In this document: piece after piece, positions 1-9,471 of the stretch
Position numbering within the stretch: position 1 is the first letter of the stretch
How the letters are laid out: each line of letters starts with the position of its first letter
Source of the DNA: Parolsenella massiliensis
GTDB taxonomy: Bacteria > Actinomycetota > Coriobacteriia > Coriobacteriales > Atopobiaceae
Direction: 5' to 3'
NCBI RefSeq assembly: GCF_900143685.1
Contig: NZ_LT671675.1
Location: 75,111 to 99,110, forward strand
Length of the DNA: 24,000 bases
The notes under the pieces: model-generated
What the model was told of the DNA's origin: nothing
Seen by the model: the letters and a program-made list of their open reading frames with translations, nothing else
Databases searched by the model: none
Position numbers and translations under genes: made by a program

Positions 1-553
1 CGCAGAATGCCTCGAACCCGGCGGATACCTTGCCGGCGCCCGCCTTCATCTTGGCGAAGGTCCCGCCGATCAGCTCGGATTTCGCCCAGGAGGCGAACTC
101 GGCGCTCGTGCCGTGCGTGGCAGCCGACTCGGACCCAGAGTAGGCGTAGGCGATGAGCACGTGGCTCGCCGCGGCGTACTTCGCGTCGTCCCAGCCGCCG
201 CCGTCGTACCAGCTGCCCGGGAACATCGACGCGTCGAAGCCGGGAGAGCCGAACGAGTACCAGATCGCCGCTGTCACGTCGCCGCTCGGCACGGGGCTCG
301 TCGAGTAGGAGCCCGGCGCGGGCGTCGGGGACGAGGGCTCGGCGCAGTAGGCGATGTTCCCGTCGGCGCTCATCCACGTGGTGGCGAAGCCGCCGTAGGG
401 GATCTTGCCGCCGATGGACACGTCTACCGTGCTCGGCGCGGCGTAGGCGGGCGAGGCCGCCACGGAGGCGAGCAGCGCCCCCGCCGCCAGGATGAGCGCC
501 ATGGCGCATCGGAGGAGCTTTTCCTGCAGGGTGCAGTCTTTCGCTGCGTTCAT
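1..553 (-). CDS. Secreted/cell-surface protein, 3' end outside window (possibly thioester-domain-like adhesin)
   Basis: Minus-strand ORF absent from the supplied track because it runs off the edge. ATG at 553 is preceded by GGGAGGCGGAAAG. The translation starts MNAAKDCTLQEKLLRCAMALILAAGALLASVAASPAYA/AP, a signal peptide. The mature part has AYCAEPSSPTPAPGSY and YAAASHVLIAYAY, which resemble the Cys and TQxA(I/V)W regions of Gram-positive thioester adhesins. That resemblance is from memory and unverified, and the Gln position would be His here. Confidence 0.6.
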   Translation of the reverse strand, partial: MNAAKDCTLQEKLLRCAMALILAAGALLASVAASPAYAAPSTVDVSIGGKIPYGGFATTWMSADGNIAYCAEPSSPTPAPGSYSTSPVPSGDVTAAIWYSFGSPGFDASMFPGSWYDGGGWDDAKYAAASHVLIAYAYSGSESAATHGTSAEFASWAKSELIGGTFAKMKAGAGKVSAGFEAFC

Positions 554-565
554 CTTTCCGCCTCC

Positions 566-1024
566 CTATCTCTCGACGCTTCGCTGTGCGCGGGGCGCCT
601 CGTGCTCGGCGGCGCGGCTCGCCTGGCGGGCGTGCTCGGCGCGCTCCGCGAGGTAGCGCGAGCGCCCTGCGTCAACGGCCTCCTTGAGCTGCGCGGGCAT
701 GACCTTCACGGTGTCCTTGACCGCGCGGCCGTCCTCGTCGAGCTCGGGCTGGCCGTCCGGGCCCATCACCGTCTTCCTCAGCCACACCTCGCGGTTCGCG
801 AGCAGCGGTATGTCCCGGAAGTCGGCCCCCTTGAAGCGGCTCTCGTTCACGAACATGGGGCTGAACTCGTAGCCTCCCACGTCCACGCCGTCGACGACGG
901 TGCCCTTGGGAAGGGTCGCCGAGTTGAAGGTCCTGGTCTCGCCGGTCGCGCGGTCGGTGTACTCGATGCCCTCGCGCACGAAGCTCTTGTGCAGCGAGAG
1001 GTACACGTTCTTCCTCTCTTCCAT
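566..1024 (-). CDS. Conjugative-element protein of unknown function
   Basis: ORF 566..1048 trimmed to ATG 1024, which has GAAAAGGAGGAAAGAC immediately upstream. Composition is normal: MEERKNVYLSLHKSFVREGIEYTDRATGE.... No family recognised. The C-terminal LAERAEHARQASRA tail is shared with the products of 9468..10019 and 10076..10609. Confidence 0.65.
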   Translation of the reverse strand: MEERKNVYLSLHKSFVREGIEYTDRATGETRTFNSATLPKGTVVDGVDVGGYEFSPMFVNESRFKGADFRDIPLLANREVWLRKTVMGPDGQPELDEDGRAVKDTVKVMPAQLKEAVDAGRSRYLAERAEHARQASRAAEHEAPRAQRSVER

Positions 1025-1133
1025 GTCTTTCCTCCTTTTCGTTTTCAATCGGTCCTTGTCTTCATCCGCCGGGACGCGTGCCCCGGCGCGGTGCCCCTAT
1101 CTCATGGCGACCGCCCCCTTCCTCGCTTTTCCG

Positions 1134-2135
1134 CTAGAAGCCGCTCACGATGTCGCGCGCCCAGGAGCCGCTCTTCACGAGGGCCAGGATGAGCAGCACG
1201 CACATGGCCAGGTACTGCAGCGCGTAGGTGAGCCCGTTTGCGACCGCGTCGGCCGGGGTGCCCGTCCCGGGGTTCGCCCCGGTGAGCCCGCCGAGCACGA
1301 GCGGGAACGATATGAGCAGCACGAGGATGATGACGCCGGCGATGCAGACCGCCCCGAAGCTCTTCAGGTAGCCAAGGCCTATCTGGCGCGTGGCGTCCAT
1401 GCCGAGGAACGCCAGCGGGATCGGGGCGAACGCGGCCATGATGTAGAGCTGGAGCGCGCGGGCCCAGCAGACCACGAGGGCGACGACGTAGGCCGCCAGC
1501 ACCACGACCCAGCTGATGAGGCTCACGACGAGCATGGCGATGAGCGACGGGATGTCGTCGTCGGTGGTGACGACGGACGCCTCGGGCAGGTCGAGCGCGC
1601 CTCCGGCGCCGAAGAGCGCCTCGACTCGGTCGATGGCGAGCCCGCAGACCTCGTAGATCGACGCCATCAGGTCGAAGCTGTTCTGTATGAGGAACAGGAA
1701 CACGGCGAAGAACACGAGGAGGAAAACGACCTCCTTGACGCCGGGAAGGCTCTGGCTGCCGTCCATGCGCTGGGAGATCTCGATGAGCTTCAGGGTGAAG
1801 ACCAGGCCGAGCACCCCGCACCCGATCGGCAGGATGGCAACCTGCCATACGCCCCGGGCGACGTCGTGCATGGTCAGGTCGCTCGAGCTCGTGAGCATGT
1901 GCGCGAAGTCGGCCGAGAGGATCCCGTTCGCGCCGATCGACCCGAGCACGCCCGTCTGAGCCTTGAACATCCAGTTGCAGCAGTCTCGCAGGAGGCCGCA
2001 CAGCCAATCGTTGACGTCCCCGGCTATGTCGGCGTATGCCGGCTGCGCGGGGACGAGCAGGAGCGCGCAGAGGGCGAACGCCGCCGCGGCGGAGATGGCG
2101 AACGCCCTGCGGCGCTGCGCCTTGAGCGCCCGCAC
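1134..2135 (-). CDS. VirB6/TrbL-like polytopic membrane protein (CD1112-type T4SS channel component)
   Basis: ORF 1134..2654 trimmed to in-frame GTG 2135, with GGAGG about 10 nt upstream and 2 nt after the stop of the previous gene. N-terminal signal VRALKAQRRRAFAISAAAAFALCALLLVPAQPAYA is followed by several long hydrophobic helices. Its position after VirB4 and the hydrolase is typical of this ICE family. Confidence 0.8.
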   Translation of the reverse strand: MRALKAQRRRAFAISAAAAFALCALLLVPAQPAYADIAGDVNDWLCGLLRDCCNWMFKAQTGVLGSIGANGILSADFAHMLTSSSDLTMHDVARGVWQVAILPIGCGVLGLVFTLKLIEISQRMDGSQSLPGVKEVVFLLVFFAVFLFLIQNSFDLMASIYEVCGLAIDRVEALFGAGGALDLPEASVVTTDDDIPSLIAMLVVSLISWVVVLAAYVVALVVCWARALQLYIMAAFAPIPLAFLGMDATRQIGLGYLKSFGAVCIAGVIILVLLISFPLVLGGLTGANPGTGTPADAVANGLTYALQYLAMCVLLILALVKSGSWARDIVSGF

Positions 2136-2137
2136 GG

Positions 2138-2857
2138 CTACATCGCCTCCAGCGAGCCGCCGCGCGAGACCACGGTGACCACCGTCGAGGCGGGGTCGTC
2201 GAGCGTGAAGGTCGTCGACGCGACGTTCCCGGCGTAGTCGAGCCACACCTCCTTGTCCCAGGTGGCTCCCGCCGCCTGCGGGGACACCTCCGCCGCCTTC
2301 CCGGCGACGGCCTCCTCGATGGCGGCGGCATCCGCGCCCAGCGCCTCGGAGAGGCGGTCGTCGGTGCCGGTCACGGAGAACGCTCCGTCTTGCGCCTTCT
2401 GGAGCGCGTAGGCCTGCGTCAGGAGGTCGCATGCCAGGGTGCGGGCGTCCCCGTCGCCCGAGACCTGGATGAGCGAGAGCCCTCCCGCCTTGTCGCCGGT
2501 TCCCTTGACCTCGATGGGCACGCTGAGCACGCCGCCGGCCTCGGAGGGCTCCTCGGCCGAGAAGAACCAGGCGCGCTCGGTGCCGCCCGCGCTCTCCACC
2601 ATGGCGCCCTCGACGATCCGCAGCGTGGCTGTCGGGTCGTCGGCGCCCGTCCATGCGGTGTTCCAGAGCGCCTCGGCGCCCGAGGCGGCCTTCCCGGTTG
2701 CCGCGTCGGCGCCTGCAGCCGCGGGCTGCTCTTGCTCCTGGGGACTATCCTGCGCGCCTTCCTGCGGGGCGATGGCGCAGCGCGCCGCGCCCGCGCCGAG
2801 CGCCACGGTGAGCGCGCCTGCCGCGACGGCGGCCATGACCCTTGACTTTCCCTGCAT
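2138..2857 (-). CDS. Secreted protein of unknown function (ICE-encoded)
   Basis: ATG 2857 is preceded by AGGAGAAACC. N-terminal signal MQGKSRVMAAVAAGALTVALGAGAARCA. The stop abuts the next gene start. No family recognised. Confidence 0.7.
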   Translation of the reverse strand: MQGKSRVMAAVAAGALTVALGAGAARCAIAPQEGAQDSPQEQEQPAAAGADAATGKAASGAEALWNTAWTGADDPTATLRIVEGAMVESAGGTERAWFFSAEEPSEAGGVLSVPIEVKGTGDKAGGLSLIQVSGDGDARTLACDLLTQAYALQKAQDGAFSVTGTDDRLSEALGADAAAIEEAVAGKAAEVSPQAAGATWDKEVWLDYAGNVASTTFTLDDPASTVVTVVSRGGSLEAM

Positions 2858-2866
2858 TGGTTTCTC

Positions 2867-4468
2867 CTATCTCGCGGTGAGCGCGCAGCTGAAGCTGCCG
2901 ATGCCGCTCGCTATGCGGCACACGTCGCCCGTTCGCGGCTCGTGTATGTACCTGTCGTCGCCGATGTAGATGGCCACGTGGCCCGAGCGGTAGAGGATGT
3001 CGCCGGGCTTCGCCTCCGAGAGCGGTATGCGCCTGAGCTCCTCGTACTGGGAACCCGTGTAGTGGCTTATGCGGATGCCCGCCTGCGCGTAGCAGTACTG
3101 CGTGAGCCCGCTGCAGTCGAGCGCCTTGCCGGGGGTCGAGCCTCCCCACACGTAGGGCACGCCGAGCTGGCTGTACGCCGCCTCGACGATCGCGTTCCCG
3201 TTCGCGGCCGGGTACTTCAGGTCCTCGACCGTCATGGAGTCGAGCCGGTAGAGGCCCCATTGCGCCATGATCGACTTCAGGGACTCGACGTAGGACGAGT
3301 CGGTCGCCCAGCCGGCGTCCTTGAGCCCCTCGGCCATCCTGTCCGAGTCGTGCCTCTCGATCGCCTCCCGGATGAGGGCGTTGCCCGAGTAGCGCTCCGC
3401 CTGCAGGAAGACCCTGCTGCGGAAGCGGATGCACTCGGCGTCGCCGGTGAAGCGGATGAAGCTCGCCGTGATCTGGGTGTGCTCGCCGGGCACGTACTCC
3501 TCGCTGGTGGCCCAGTTCGCCTTGCCGGCCACCTCGGGGCAGCCCGCGTAGCCCGACCACCACTTCATGCCGAAGAGGTTGTGGTCGCGCTCTGCGAGCT
3601 GGCTCATGCGGTCGCCCTGGCCGGACTCCTGGATGATCTGCGCGATGGTGCAGCCCGCCGGGTGCCCGTACTCCTCCTGGCACTCGAGCGCCGCCTCGAC
3701 CATCTCGTAGGTGATGTAGGGCGGCAGCCCCTCGAGGCCCTGCTTGGAGGCCGCGTCGTCCCAGAAGCCGAACAGCGCGCTCAGCAGCTGCGCGACGGCG
3801 AGCGCGCAGGCGACGAAGGCCACGATGCCGGCCACCGCCCCGAGCAGGGCGGGCGCTGCGCCCGAGACCGCGCCCGCGATCGCGGAGGCGGCGCCCTTCG
3901 ACCCCGCGGCTCGGGCCGCCTCGCCCGACGCCTGCGCGGCCGCCTGGGCCGCCTGGTGCTTGGCCGGGGCGGTCGCGCCGGCTGCCTCGGGGCCGCGCGC
4001 GCCTCCCTTTGGGGCGCCGAGCGCGGTTGCCGCCTTGCGGCTGCCTTGGGCTGCTTTCTTCGCCTTCCTCTGCCGCAGCCTTCCCGCGGCCTTCTTGGCC
4101 GCATGCCCCGCGTCGTACATGCCCGAGGCGCCCTCGAGCTCCTCCGAGTCGTCGAGCTGGGAGACGGCCTCCCGGGCGATCGCCAGCTTCGCCGCATCGA
4201 CGCGCGAGCGCATCGCGGCCGCCGCGCGCCGGTCGCCGGCTGGTTGGGACAATTTGTCCCCGAGCCCGCCTTCCGGCGCGTCGGGCCTGGAAGGGCGCCC
4301 CTTCGCCGTTGCGGCGGGGCCTCCCGCCTCGTCGAGCGGGCCGGCGCCCTCCGAGACGTTTCCCAGGGCGTCGCGCTCGGTCTCCGCGACGTCGCCCGCG
4401 GTGAGCACGTCGCGGCGCTGCGCCCCGACCACCTCGAGCATCCCGCCGCCCTCGCTCGGGCCGGCCAT
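2867..4468 (-). CDS. Bifunctional peptidoglycan hydrolase (glucosaminidase/lysozyme-like domain + C-terminal NlpC/P60) of the T4SS
   Basis: ORF 2867..5563 trimmed to ATG 4468, with GGAGG 7 nt upstream and 2 nt after the VirB4 stop. The product has an Ala/Lys/Gly-rich N-terminal region and one TM helix (AGIVAFVACALAVAQLLSALFGF). A middle domain carries NLFGMKWW. The C-terminus reads GVPYVWGGSTPGKALDCSGLTQYCY...GHVAIYIGDDRYIHEP, a C40/NlpC-P60 Cys-His signature. Confidence 0.9.
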   Translation of the reverse strand: MAGPSEGGGMLEVVGAQRRDVLTAGDVAETERDALGNVSEGAGPLDEAGGPAATAKGRPSRPDAPEGGLGDKLSQPAGDRRAAAAMRSRVDAAKLAIAREAVSQLDDSEELEGASGMYDAGHAAKKAAGRLRQRKAKKAAQGSRKAATALGAPKGGARGPEAAGATAPAKHQAAQAAAQASGEAARAAGSKGAASAIAGAVSGAAPALLGAVAGIVAFVACALAVAQLLSALFGFWDDAASKQGLEGLPPYITYEMVEAALECQEEYGHPAGCTIAQIIQESGQGDRMSQLAERDHNLFGMKWWSGYAGCPEVAGKANWATSEEYVPGEHTQITASFIRFTGDAECIRFRSRVFLQAERYSGNALIREAIERHDSDRMAEGLKDAGWATDSSYVESLKSIMAQWGLYRLDSMTVEDLKYPAANGNAIVEAAYSQLGVPYVWGGSTPGKALDCSGLTQYCYAQAGIRISHYTGSQYEELRRIPLSEAKPGDILYRSGHVAIYIGDDRYIHEPRTGDVCRIASGIGSFSCALTAR

Positions 4469-4470
4469 TC

Positions 4471-6948
4471 CTATTCCTCCGCCTCTCGCGCCGCCCGGCG
4501 CATCTCGCGCTCGGCGACCTCTGCGGGCTTGGTGTTCCACAGGTCGTAGAGCGGGCCTTTCGGGAAGTCGTCGGTGATGGGCACGCGGATCCCGGCGCTG
4601 ATGAGCAGGCCCTCGCCGGGCTTGACGGCGTCGCCGATGTAGCCGCGCTCCGTGGCGGAGAGCTGGAGCATCTCCGCCCATGCGTCGAGGTCGGCGGTGG
4701 ACTGCTTGTGCAGCAGGAAGAACTCGGAGTTGAGCACCATGTCGCGGGCCTCGGCGTTGGCCAGCATGTGGCTCGTGTTCTGGCTGATGCCGGTGCAGAT
4801 GAGGCCGAACTTGCGCCCCTCGCGCCACAGGCGGGCGAAGTACTCGACCACCGTCGGGTGCGCGAAGAGGCTCTGCACCTCGTCGATGTAGAGCCAGGTG
4901 TAGTTGGGGCGCGGCGGCGTTACCATCACGCGGTTGCGCACCATCTCGAGCGCCGTGATCATGCCGAACACGCGCATGTTCTGGCCGAGGCCGTGCATGT
5001 CGATGTTGGTGATGCGGTTGTCGAGCGCCACGTTGCTCTGGCCGTTGAAGAAGGAGAACGCGCCCTTCACGTAGCGCTCGTAGCGCAGCGCGATGTCGGC
5101 GGCCTCGGGCTCGGGCTGAGCGAGCAGCGCCGCGTGGAAGTCGCCGAGCGTGGGCAGGCGGCCGTCCCTCGCGCACTCCCGGTACGCCTCGCCGACGCAG
5201 CGGGCGATGATCGAGCGGTCGCGCTCCGGCAGGCCCTCGCGGCCCTCGGCCATGAGCGCGCTCGAGAGCGCGAGCACCGCGTCGGTCTTGTACGCGAGCT
5301 TGGCGGCGTCGGCGCGGTCCGCGACGTCGGCGGTGTCGAGGGGGTTGAGCACCGCCGAGCATCCCGGGGCGAGCTCGACGTTCGCGCCGCCGAGCGCGCC
5401 GACGAGGTTGCCGTACTCGCCGGCCGGGTCGAAGATCACGACCTCGTCCTCGGGGTGCGCGAGCACGGTGTTGGTTATCTCGCGCTTCACCGAGAAGCTC
5501 TTGCCCGATCCGGGCTTGCCGCACACGAAGCCCATGGGGCTCGCCAGGCGCTTGCGGTCGCACAGCACCAGGTTCCCGCTCTCCCTGGACTGCCCGTAGT
5601 AGCCTCCGCCCGCCTCGTCGAGGCTCTGGCTGGCGAAGGGCATCTGCATGGCCACCTGCCCCGTGGTGAGGTAGCGGCTCACGGTGACGTGGTTGTCCCC
5701 GAGCGGGAGCACCGAGTTGAGAGCCTGGCGCTGCCGGAAGTGGAGCGGCTCGAGGCCGATCGTGCAGCCCTGCGCGACGCTCGTCACCTGCTGGACGCGG
5801 CGGTCGAGCTCCTCGAGGCTGTCGGCCCAGGTGTAGACGAGGCCCGTGTAGACGAACAGGCGCTCGGACTTGTTGCGCAGGAAGTCGAGCAGCTCCTCGG
5901 CCTCCTCCTTCGAGAAGCGCAGCTCGGGCGGCAGGATCTGGTAGTCGTAGCCCTTCTTCACGGCGCTCATCTGCTCGTCGATGATCTCCTTGTCCATCCA
6001 GTCGATCTGGCGCTTCACGAGCGCGAGCGCCTCGCTCTGCGCGATGGGCTGCACGTGCAGCGTCACGTTGAGCGGCAGCGGCAGGTCGATGATGGAGGCG
6101 AGGTAGGTCTCCTCGATGACCGACCCGAAGCTGCGCACCGCGAGCACCGCGCCGTAGCGCCCGTCGCTGCGGAAGCAGTCGGACCTGCCCTCGGGCTTGA
6201 AGTCGAGCGTGGAGGGCATGACGAAGTCCTTCGTGCGCGCTCCCGACGTCGGGGACAATTTGTCCCAGGAGAACTCGAAGCGCGACCCCGGGCGCAGCTG
6301 CCCCTGCAAAAGCTCGAGCCTCTCGACGCCGTCGAGGGCGCGCGACGAGCAGCGTATGCGCGCGAGCGTCTGCTCCACGTCGCCCCGGATGCGCGCGAGC
6401 TTGGGCACCGCGGCGTCGACGTCGTCGGCGCCCACGGCGTAGGTCAGGTAGCGGTGGCGCACGAGGTTCGAGACGCCCTCGCGCATCTTGTCGTTGAGGA
6501 TCCGGTTGTACTCTTCGGCGAGCCCGGCGGTGGCGCGCTCCCCGGGCTCGAAGAAGACCTTGCGGCCGACCTCGTCGGCGGGGATGGGCGCGTTCACTAC
6601 CTGGAGCTGCACGTGGGAGTCCGCCGGGAAGTAGTTGAACAGCGAGCTCATCACGGTGAAGGCCGTCTCGCGCGCCTCCTTGCGCGCGGACTGGTAGCTG
6701 ATGTCGGAGAACTCGACCGTCTGGCTGAACACCCCGGGCATCACCTGGGCGATGCCGTCCCTGTACATGGCGTCGTAGCCGACGTAGGCGGCCATCTCGC
6801 GCGAGCGGTCGCGCTCCCGGCGGCGCCTCTGCCGCTCGGCCTCCGCGCCCTTCGAGGCGTCCTTGCGCCCGCCCGTGCCGCCGAGGAGCAGCCCGAGGGT
6901 GCTCGGGCGCTTCGGCCTATTCTCCTTGTTGCTTCTTGCTCGGCTCAT
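4471..6948 (-). CDS. virB4: VirB4-like conjugal transfer ATPase (CD1110-type)
   Basis: 825-aa ORF with AAGGAG 9 nt upstream of ATG 6948. Walker A is FVCGKPGSGKS. The basic N-terminus followed by YRDGIAQV...VEFSDISYQ is typical of Gram-positive VirB4/TcpF-like ATPases. It overlaps the preceding PrgI gene by 32 nt. Confidence 0.92.
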   Translation of the reverse strand: MSRARSNKENRPKRPSTLGLLLGGTGGRKDASKGAEAERQRRRRERDRSREMAAYVGYDAMYRDGIAQVMPGVFSQTVEFSDISYQSARKEARETAFTVMSSLFNYFPADSHVQLQVVNAPIPADEVGRKVFFEPGERATAGLAEEYNRILNDKMREGVSNLVRHRYLTYAVGADDVDAAVPKLARIRGDVEQTLARIRCSSRALDGVERLELLQGQLRPGSRFEFSWDKLSPTSGARTKDFVMPSTLDFKPEGRSDCFRSDGRYGAVLAVRSFGSVIEETYLASIIDLPLPLNVTLHVQPIAQSEALALVKRQIDWMDKEIIDEQMSAVKKGYDYQILPPELRFSKEEAEELLDFLRNKSERLFVYTGLVYTWADSLEELDRRVQQVTSVAQGCTIGLEPLHFRQRQALNSVLPLGDNHVTVSRYLTTGQVAMQMPFASQSLDEAGGGYYGQSRESGNLVLCDRKRLASPMGFVCGKPGSGKSFSVKREITNTVLAHPEDEVVIFDPAGEYGNLVGALGGANVELAPGCSAVLNPLDTADVADRADAAKLAYKTDAVLALSSALMAEGREGLPERDRSIIARCVGEAYRECARDGRLPTLGDFHAALLAQPEPEAADIALRYERYVKGAFSFFNGQSNVALDNRITNIDMHGLGQNMRVFGMITALEMVRNRVMVTPPRPNYTWLYIDEVQSLFAHPTVVEYFARLWREGRKFGLICTGISQNTSHMLANAEARDMVLNSEFFLLHKQSTADLDAWAEMLQLSATERGYIGDAVKPGEGLLISAGIRVPITDDFPKGPLYDLWNTKPAEVAEREMRRAAREAEE

Positions 6949-7342
6949 AGAGCTCGGCTCCTTTCTTCCTTGCCCTGCGCCTCGCGCGACGTCCCGGGCG
7001 GCCCGGGCGCGGCGAGCCCTCGGGGAGGCTCCCGGCGAGGCAGGGCTCGTACGCGAGCAGCTGCGGGGAGAGCTCGTGTGCCGCCAAAAGCGGCAGCAGC
7101 TCCTCGGCGCGCATGCCGAAGGGCCGCCAGAACCCGGCGAGCCAGAACGGCATGCTGCAGAGCATGATCGGGAAGGCCGCGTCCGCGACGTCGGCGTGCA
7201 GGCCCAGGTGGACGAAGGCCGCCGCCCCGACCGCGCTGCCGAAGCCGAGCGACACGCATGCGAGCGTGCGCAGGCTCATCTTCCCGACGATCTTCTCCTC
7301 GTACTCGCCGATGTCCTTCTGCACCGGTATCCGGAGCGCCAT
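6917..7342 (-). CDS. prgI: PrgI family membrane protein
   Basis: MALRIPVQKDIGEYEEKIVGKMSLRTLACVSLGFGSAVGAAAF... matches the N-terminal pattern and two-TM layout of PrgI-family proteins. These proteins are found immediately upstream of VirB4 in this ICE class. Confidence 0.8.
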   Translation of the reverse strand: MALRIPVQKDIGEYEEKIVGKMSLRTLACVSLGFGSAVGAAAFVHLGLHADVADAAFPIMLCSMPFWLAGFWRPFGMRAEELLPLLAAHELSPQLLAYEPCLAGSLPEGSPRPGRPGRRARRRARKKGAELYEPSKKQQGE

Positions 7343-7354
7343 CCGCGACGCCCC

Positions 7355-7570
7355 CTATGCCGGCAGCCAGGACGTGTCCAGCTGCCCGAAGTAGACCGAC
7401 GCGGCGATGATGATCGCGCCGCCGGCGATGGTGGAAATGGCGGTCGCGATCTGCGGGCCGCCCTGCTGCTCCCTGATGGCCAGGCCGAGCGAGACCGCTC
7501 CCCACACGACCAGGAAGCCGCCGAGGAAGGTCACGCAGCCCGACACGAGCTTGATGACGTTTGCGAGCAT
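7355..7570 (-). CDS. Maff2 family small membrane protein
   Basis: ORF 7355..7657 trimmed to ATG 7570, with AAAGGAGAACAG upstream. The 71-aa product has two TM helices: MLANVIKLVSGCVTFLGGFLVVWGAVSLGLAIRE...IAGGAIIIAASVYF. Its position between VirD4 and PrgI is typical. Confidence 0.8.
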   Translation of the reverse strand: MLANVIKLVSGCVTFLGGFLVVWGAVSLGLAIREQQGGPQIATAISTIAGGAIIIAASVYFGQLDTSWLPA

Positions 7571-7653
7571 GCTGTTCTCCTTTGCTTTCGGTTGACGATG
7601 TTCCTTGCTGTTCCTCCCCCGCGGCGGGGGAGGCCCGCGCCGTCGCGGCCCCG

Positions 7654-9471
7654 TCACGAGGCGCCGTCCTTCCGCCTGCGGTACTCCGCGAAGTCAAACG
7701 GGCCGCGGCGCGCGGCCTCCTCGAGCAGGCTCGAGCGCGGGTGGCGCTCGAGCCGGTACTTCCGGTCCATGAGCGGCATGCACCCGTTCACGAGCACGAG
7801 CGCGTCCTCGCGCGGCATGCGCGCCACCTCGGCGGGCTGTATGAGGTCGCGCTCGGAGATGCCGCGGTTCACGGTCCGGGTCCAGCCGGCGCCCCGCGAG
7901 TCGCTCTGCGTCTCGCTCGCCACCGTCTGCTTGCCGGCCATCTTGCTGATCTCCTCGTTGGTCTCGTTCGCCTTGCCGCCCAGGTAGAGCAGCGTGTCGC
8001 AGGCGTTCACGATGGTCTCGGCGTTGTTGTCGCCGTAGGTCTCCTTCAGCTGCGAGAGCGACTGGACGATCATCGAGACGGCGATGTTCCTGCTGCGGGT
8101 GACGGCGATGGTCCGCTCGAAGTCTGGTATGCGCCCGATGTTGGCGAACTCGTCGAAGACGAAGTGCACCGTCGTGGGCAGCGAGCCGCCGTGCGCCTCG
8201 AGCGCCTCGGCGCAAAGCGCGCTCACGGCTGTGTCCATGAGCAGGGCGAACAGGAAGTCGAAGGTCGAGTCGGTGTCGCTCATAGACGCGAAGAGCGCGA
8301 CCTTCGCGCCCTCGTCGCCCATGTGGGCGAGGTCGAGCTCGTCTTTGGAGGTGAGGTCGCGCACGGCGCGGATGGAAAGCGGCTTCAGGCGGACGTTGCA
8401 GCTCGAGAGCATCGACTTCATGGTGTCGCCGGCGGCCACGCGGAACTCGCGGTAGCTCGCGAGCGCGAAGTCGTCGGGGGGCGCGGGCTCGCGGACCTTG
8501 ACCCACTCCCACGCGCCGTCCTCCTCGGCGAAGCCGCGCAGCGAACCGCCCTCCGCCGAGGCGCCGCCGCGCCTGACGTAGCGCTCGCCGGTCTCCAGCT
8601 CGCGGAACACCATGTCGAGCGGGCTCATGTAGCCCGGGTCGTCGCGGGCGTCGGCGAGCGAGAGCAGCGTGAGCAGCCCGTCGAGGTTCCGGTCGGCGGG
8701 CTCGCAGTGCATGACGAGGTAGGCCGTGAGCGCGGTGTAGACCAGGCGCTCGGCCTTCTCCCAGTAGGGGTCGCCCTTGTGGTCGGCCTCGCCCTCGGTG
8801 TTGGCGACGATGCCACGGGCGAAGCGGATGACTCCCGCCTCGTCGCGTATGTAGGCTATGGGGTTGAAGCGCATGGAGCGCGTGAAGTCGATGGTGTCGA
8901 ACGCGCGGATCTCGTAGCCGAGCTCCGCCAGCGCGCCGCCCATCTCGCGGATGAGCGTGCCCTTCGGGTCGGTCACGAAGAAGCTGGCGTTGGCCTGCAG
9001 GAGGTTCGGCTTGACGTAGTAGCGCGTCTTGCCGGTGCCGGGTCCTCCCACCACGAGCACGTTGTCGTTGGTGTCGGTGGAGAGGTCGAACCTGCGGCTC
9101 ACGAGGCGGATGCGTGCGTTGTCGGTGAGGATGATGTTGTTGTCGGGGTCCTTGGGGTCGCCGAAGGGCGCGATGTCCTTGCGCGTGGCCCACCTGGAGC
9201 TACCGTGCTCCTCGCCGTCGCGCCGGGCCCCCTTGGTCCCCAGTGAGCGGGCCCAGGCGAGGAGCGCGCCGCACGCGCAGGCGGTCCCGGCGCACAGGGG
9301 AACCGCCTCCGCGGAGAAGACGCGCCCCGCGCGGAGCGCCGCGGGGATCGCCGCCATGGCGGCCTCCGGGTCGAGGATCGGGTTCGCGCCCGACGCCGCG
9401 ATTGCCGCGGCCGCGAAGTCTCCCGCGGCGAACGCCGCCGCGGCCAGCGCGGCCGCCGCCTGCCACCTCAT
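7654..9471 (-). CDS. virD4: VirD4/TraG-type type IV coupling protein (CD1115-type)
   Basis: 605 aa with N-terminal TM segments and Walker A VVGGPGTGKT. Downstream motifs FVFDEFANIG and LLYLGG are typical of TraG/VirD4. The start overlaps the previous stop in ATGA, suggesting translational coupling. Confidence 0.92.
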   Translation of the reverse strand: MRWQAAAALAAAAFAAGDFAAAAIAASGANPILDPEAAMAAIPAALRAGRVFSAEAVPLCAGTACACGALLAWARSLGTKGARRDGEEHGSSRWATRKDIAPFGDPKDPDNNIILTDNARIRLVSRRFDLSTDTNDNVLVVGGPGTGKTRYYVKPNLLQANASFFVTDPKGTLIREMGGALAELGYEIRAFDTIDFTRSMRFNPIAYIRDEAGVIRFARGIVANTEGEADHKGDPYWEKAERLVYTALTAYLVMHCEPADRNLDGLLTLLSLADARDDPGYMSPLDMVFRELETGERYVRRGGASAEGGSLRGFAEEDGAWEWVKVREPAPPDDFALASYREFRVAAGDTMKSMLSSCNVRLKPLSIRAVRDLTSKDELDLAHMGDEGAKVALFASMSDTDSTFDFLFALLMDTAVSALCAEALEAHGGSLPTTVHFVFDEFANIGRIPDFERTIAVTRSRNIAVSMIVQSLSQLKETYGDNNAETIVNACDTLLYLGGKANETNEEISKMAGKQTVASETQSDSRGAGWTRTVNRGISERDLIQPAEVARMPREDALVLVNGCMPLMDRKYRLERHPRSSLLEEAARRGPFDFAEYRRRKDGAS

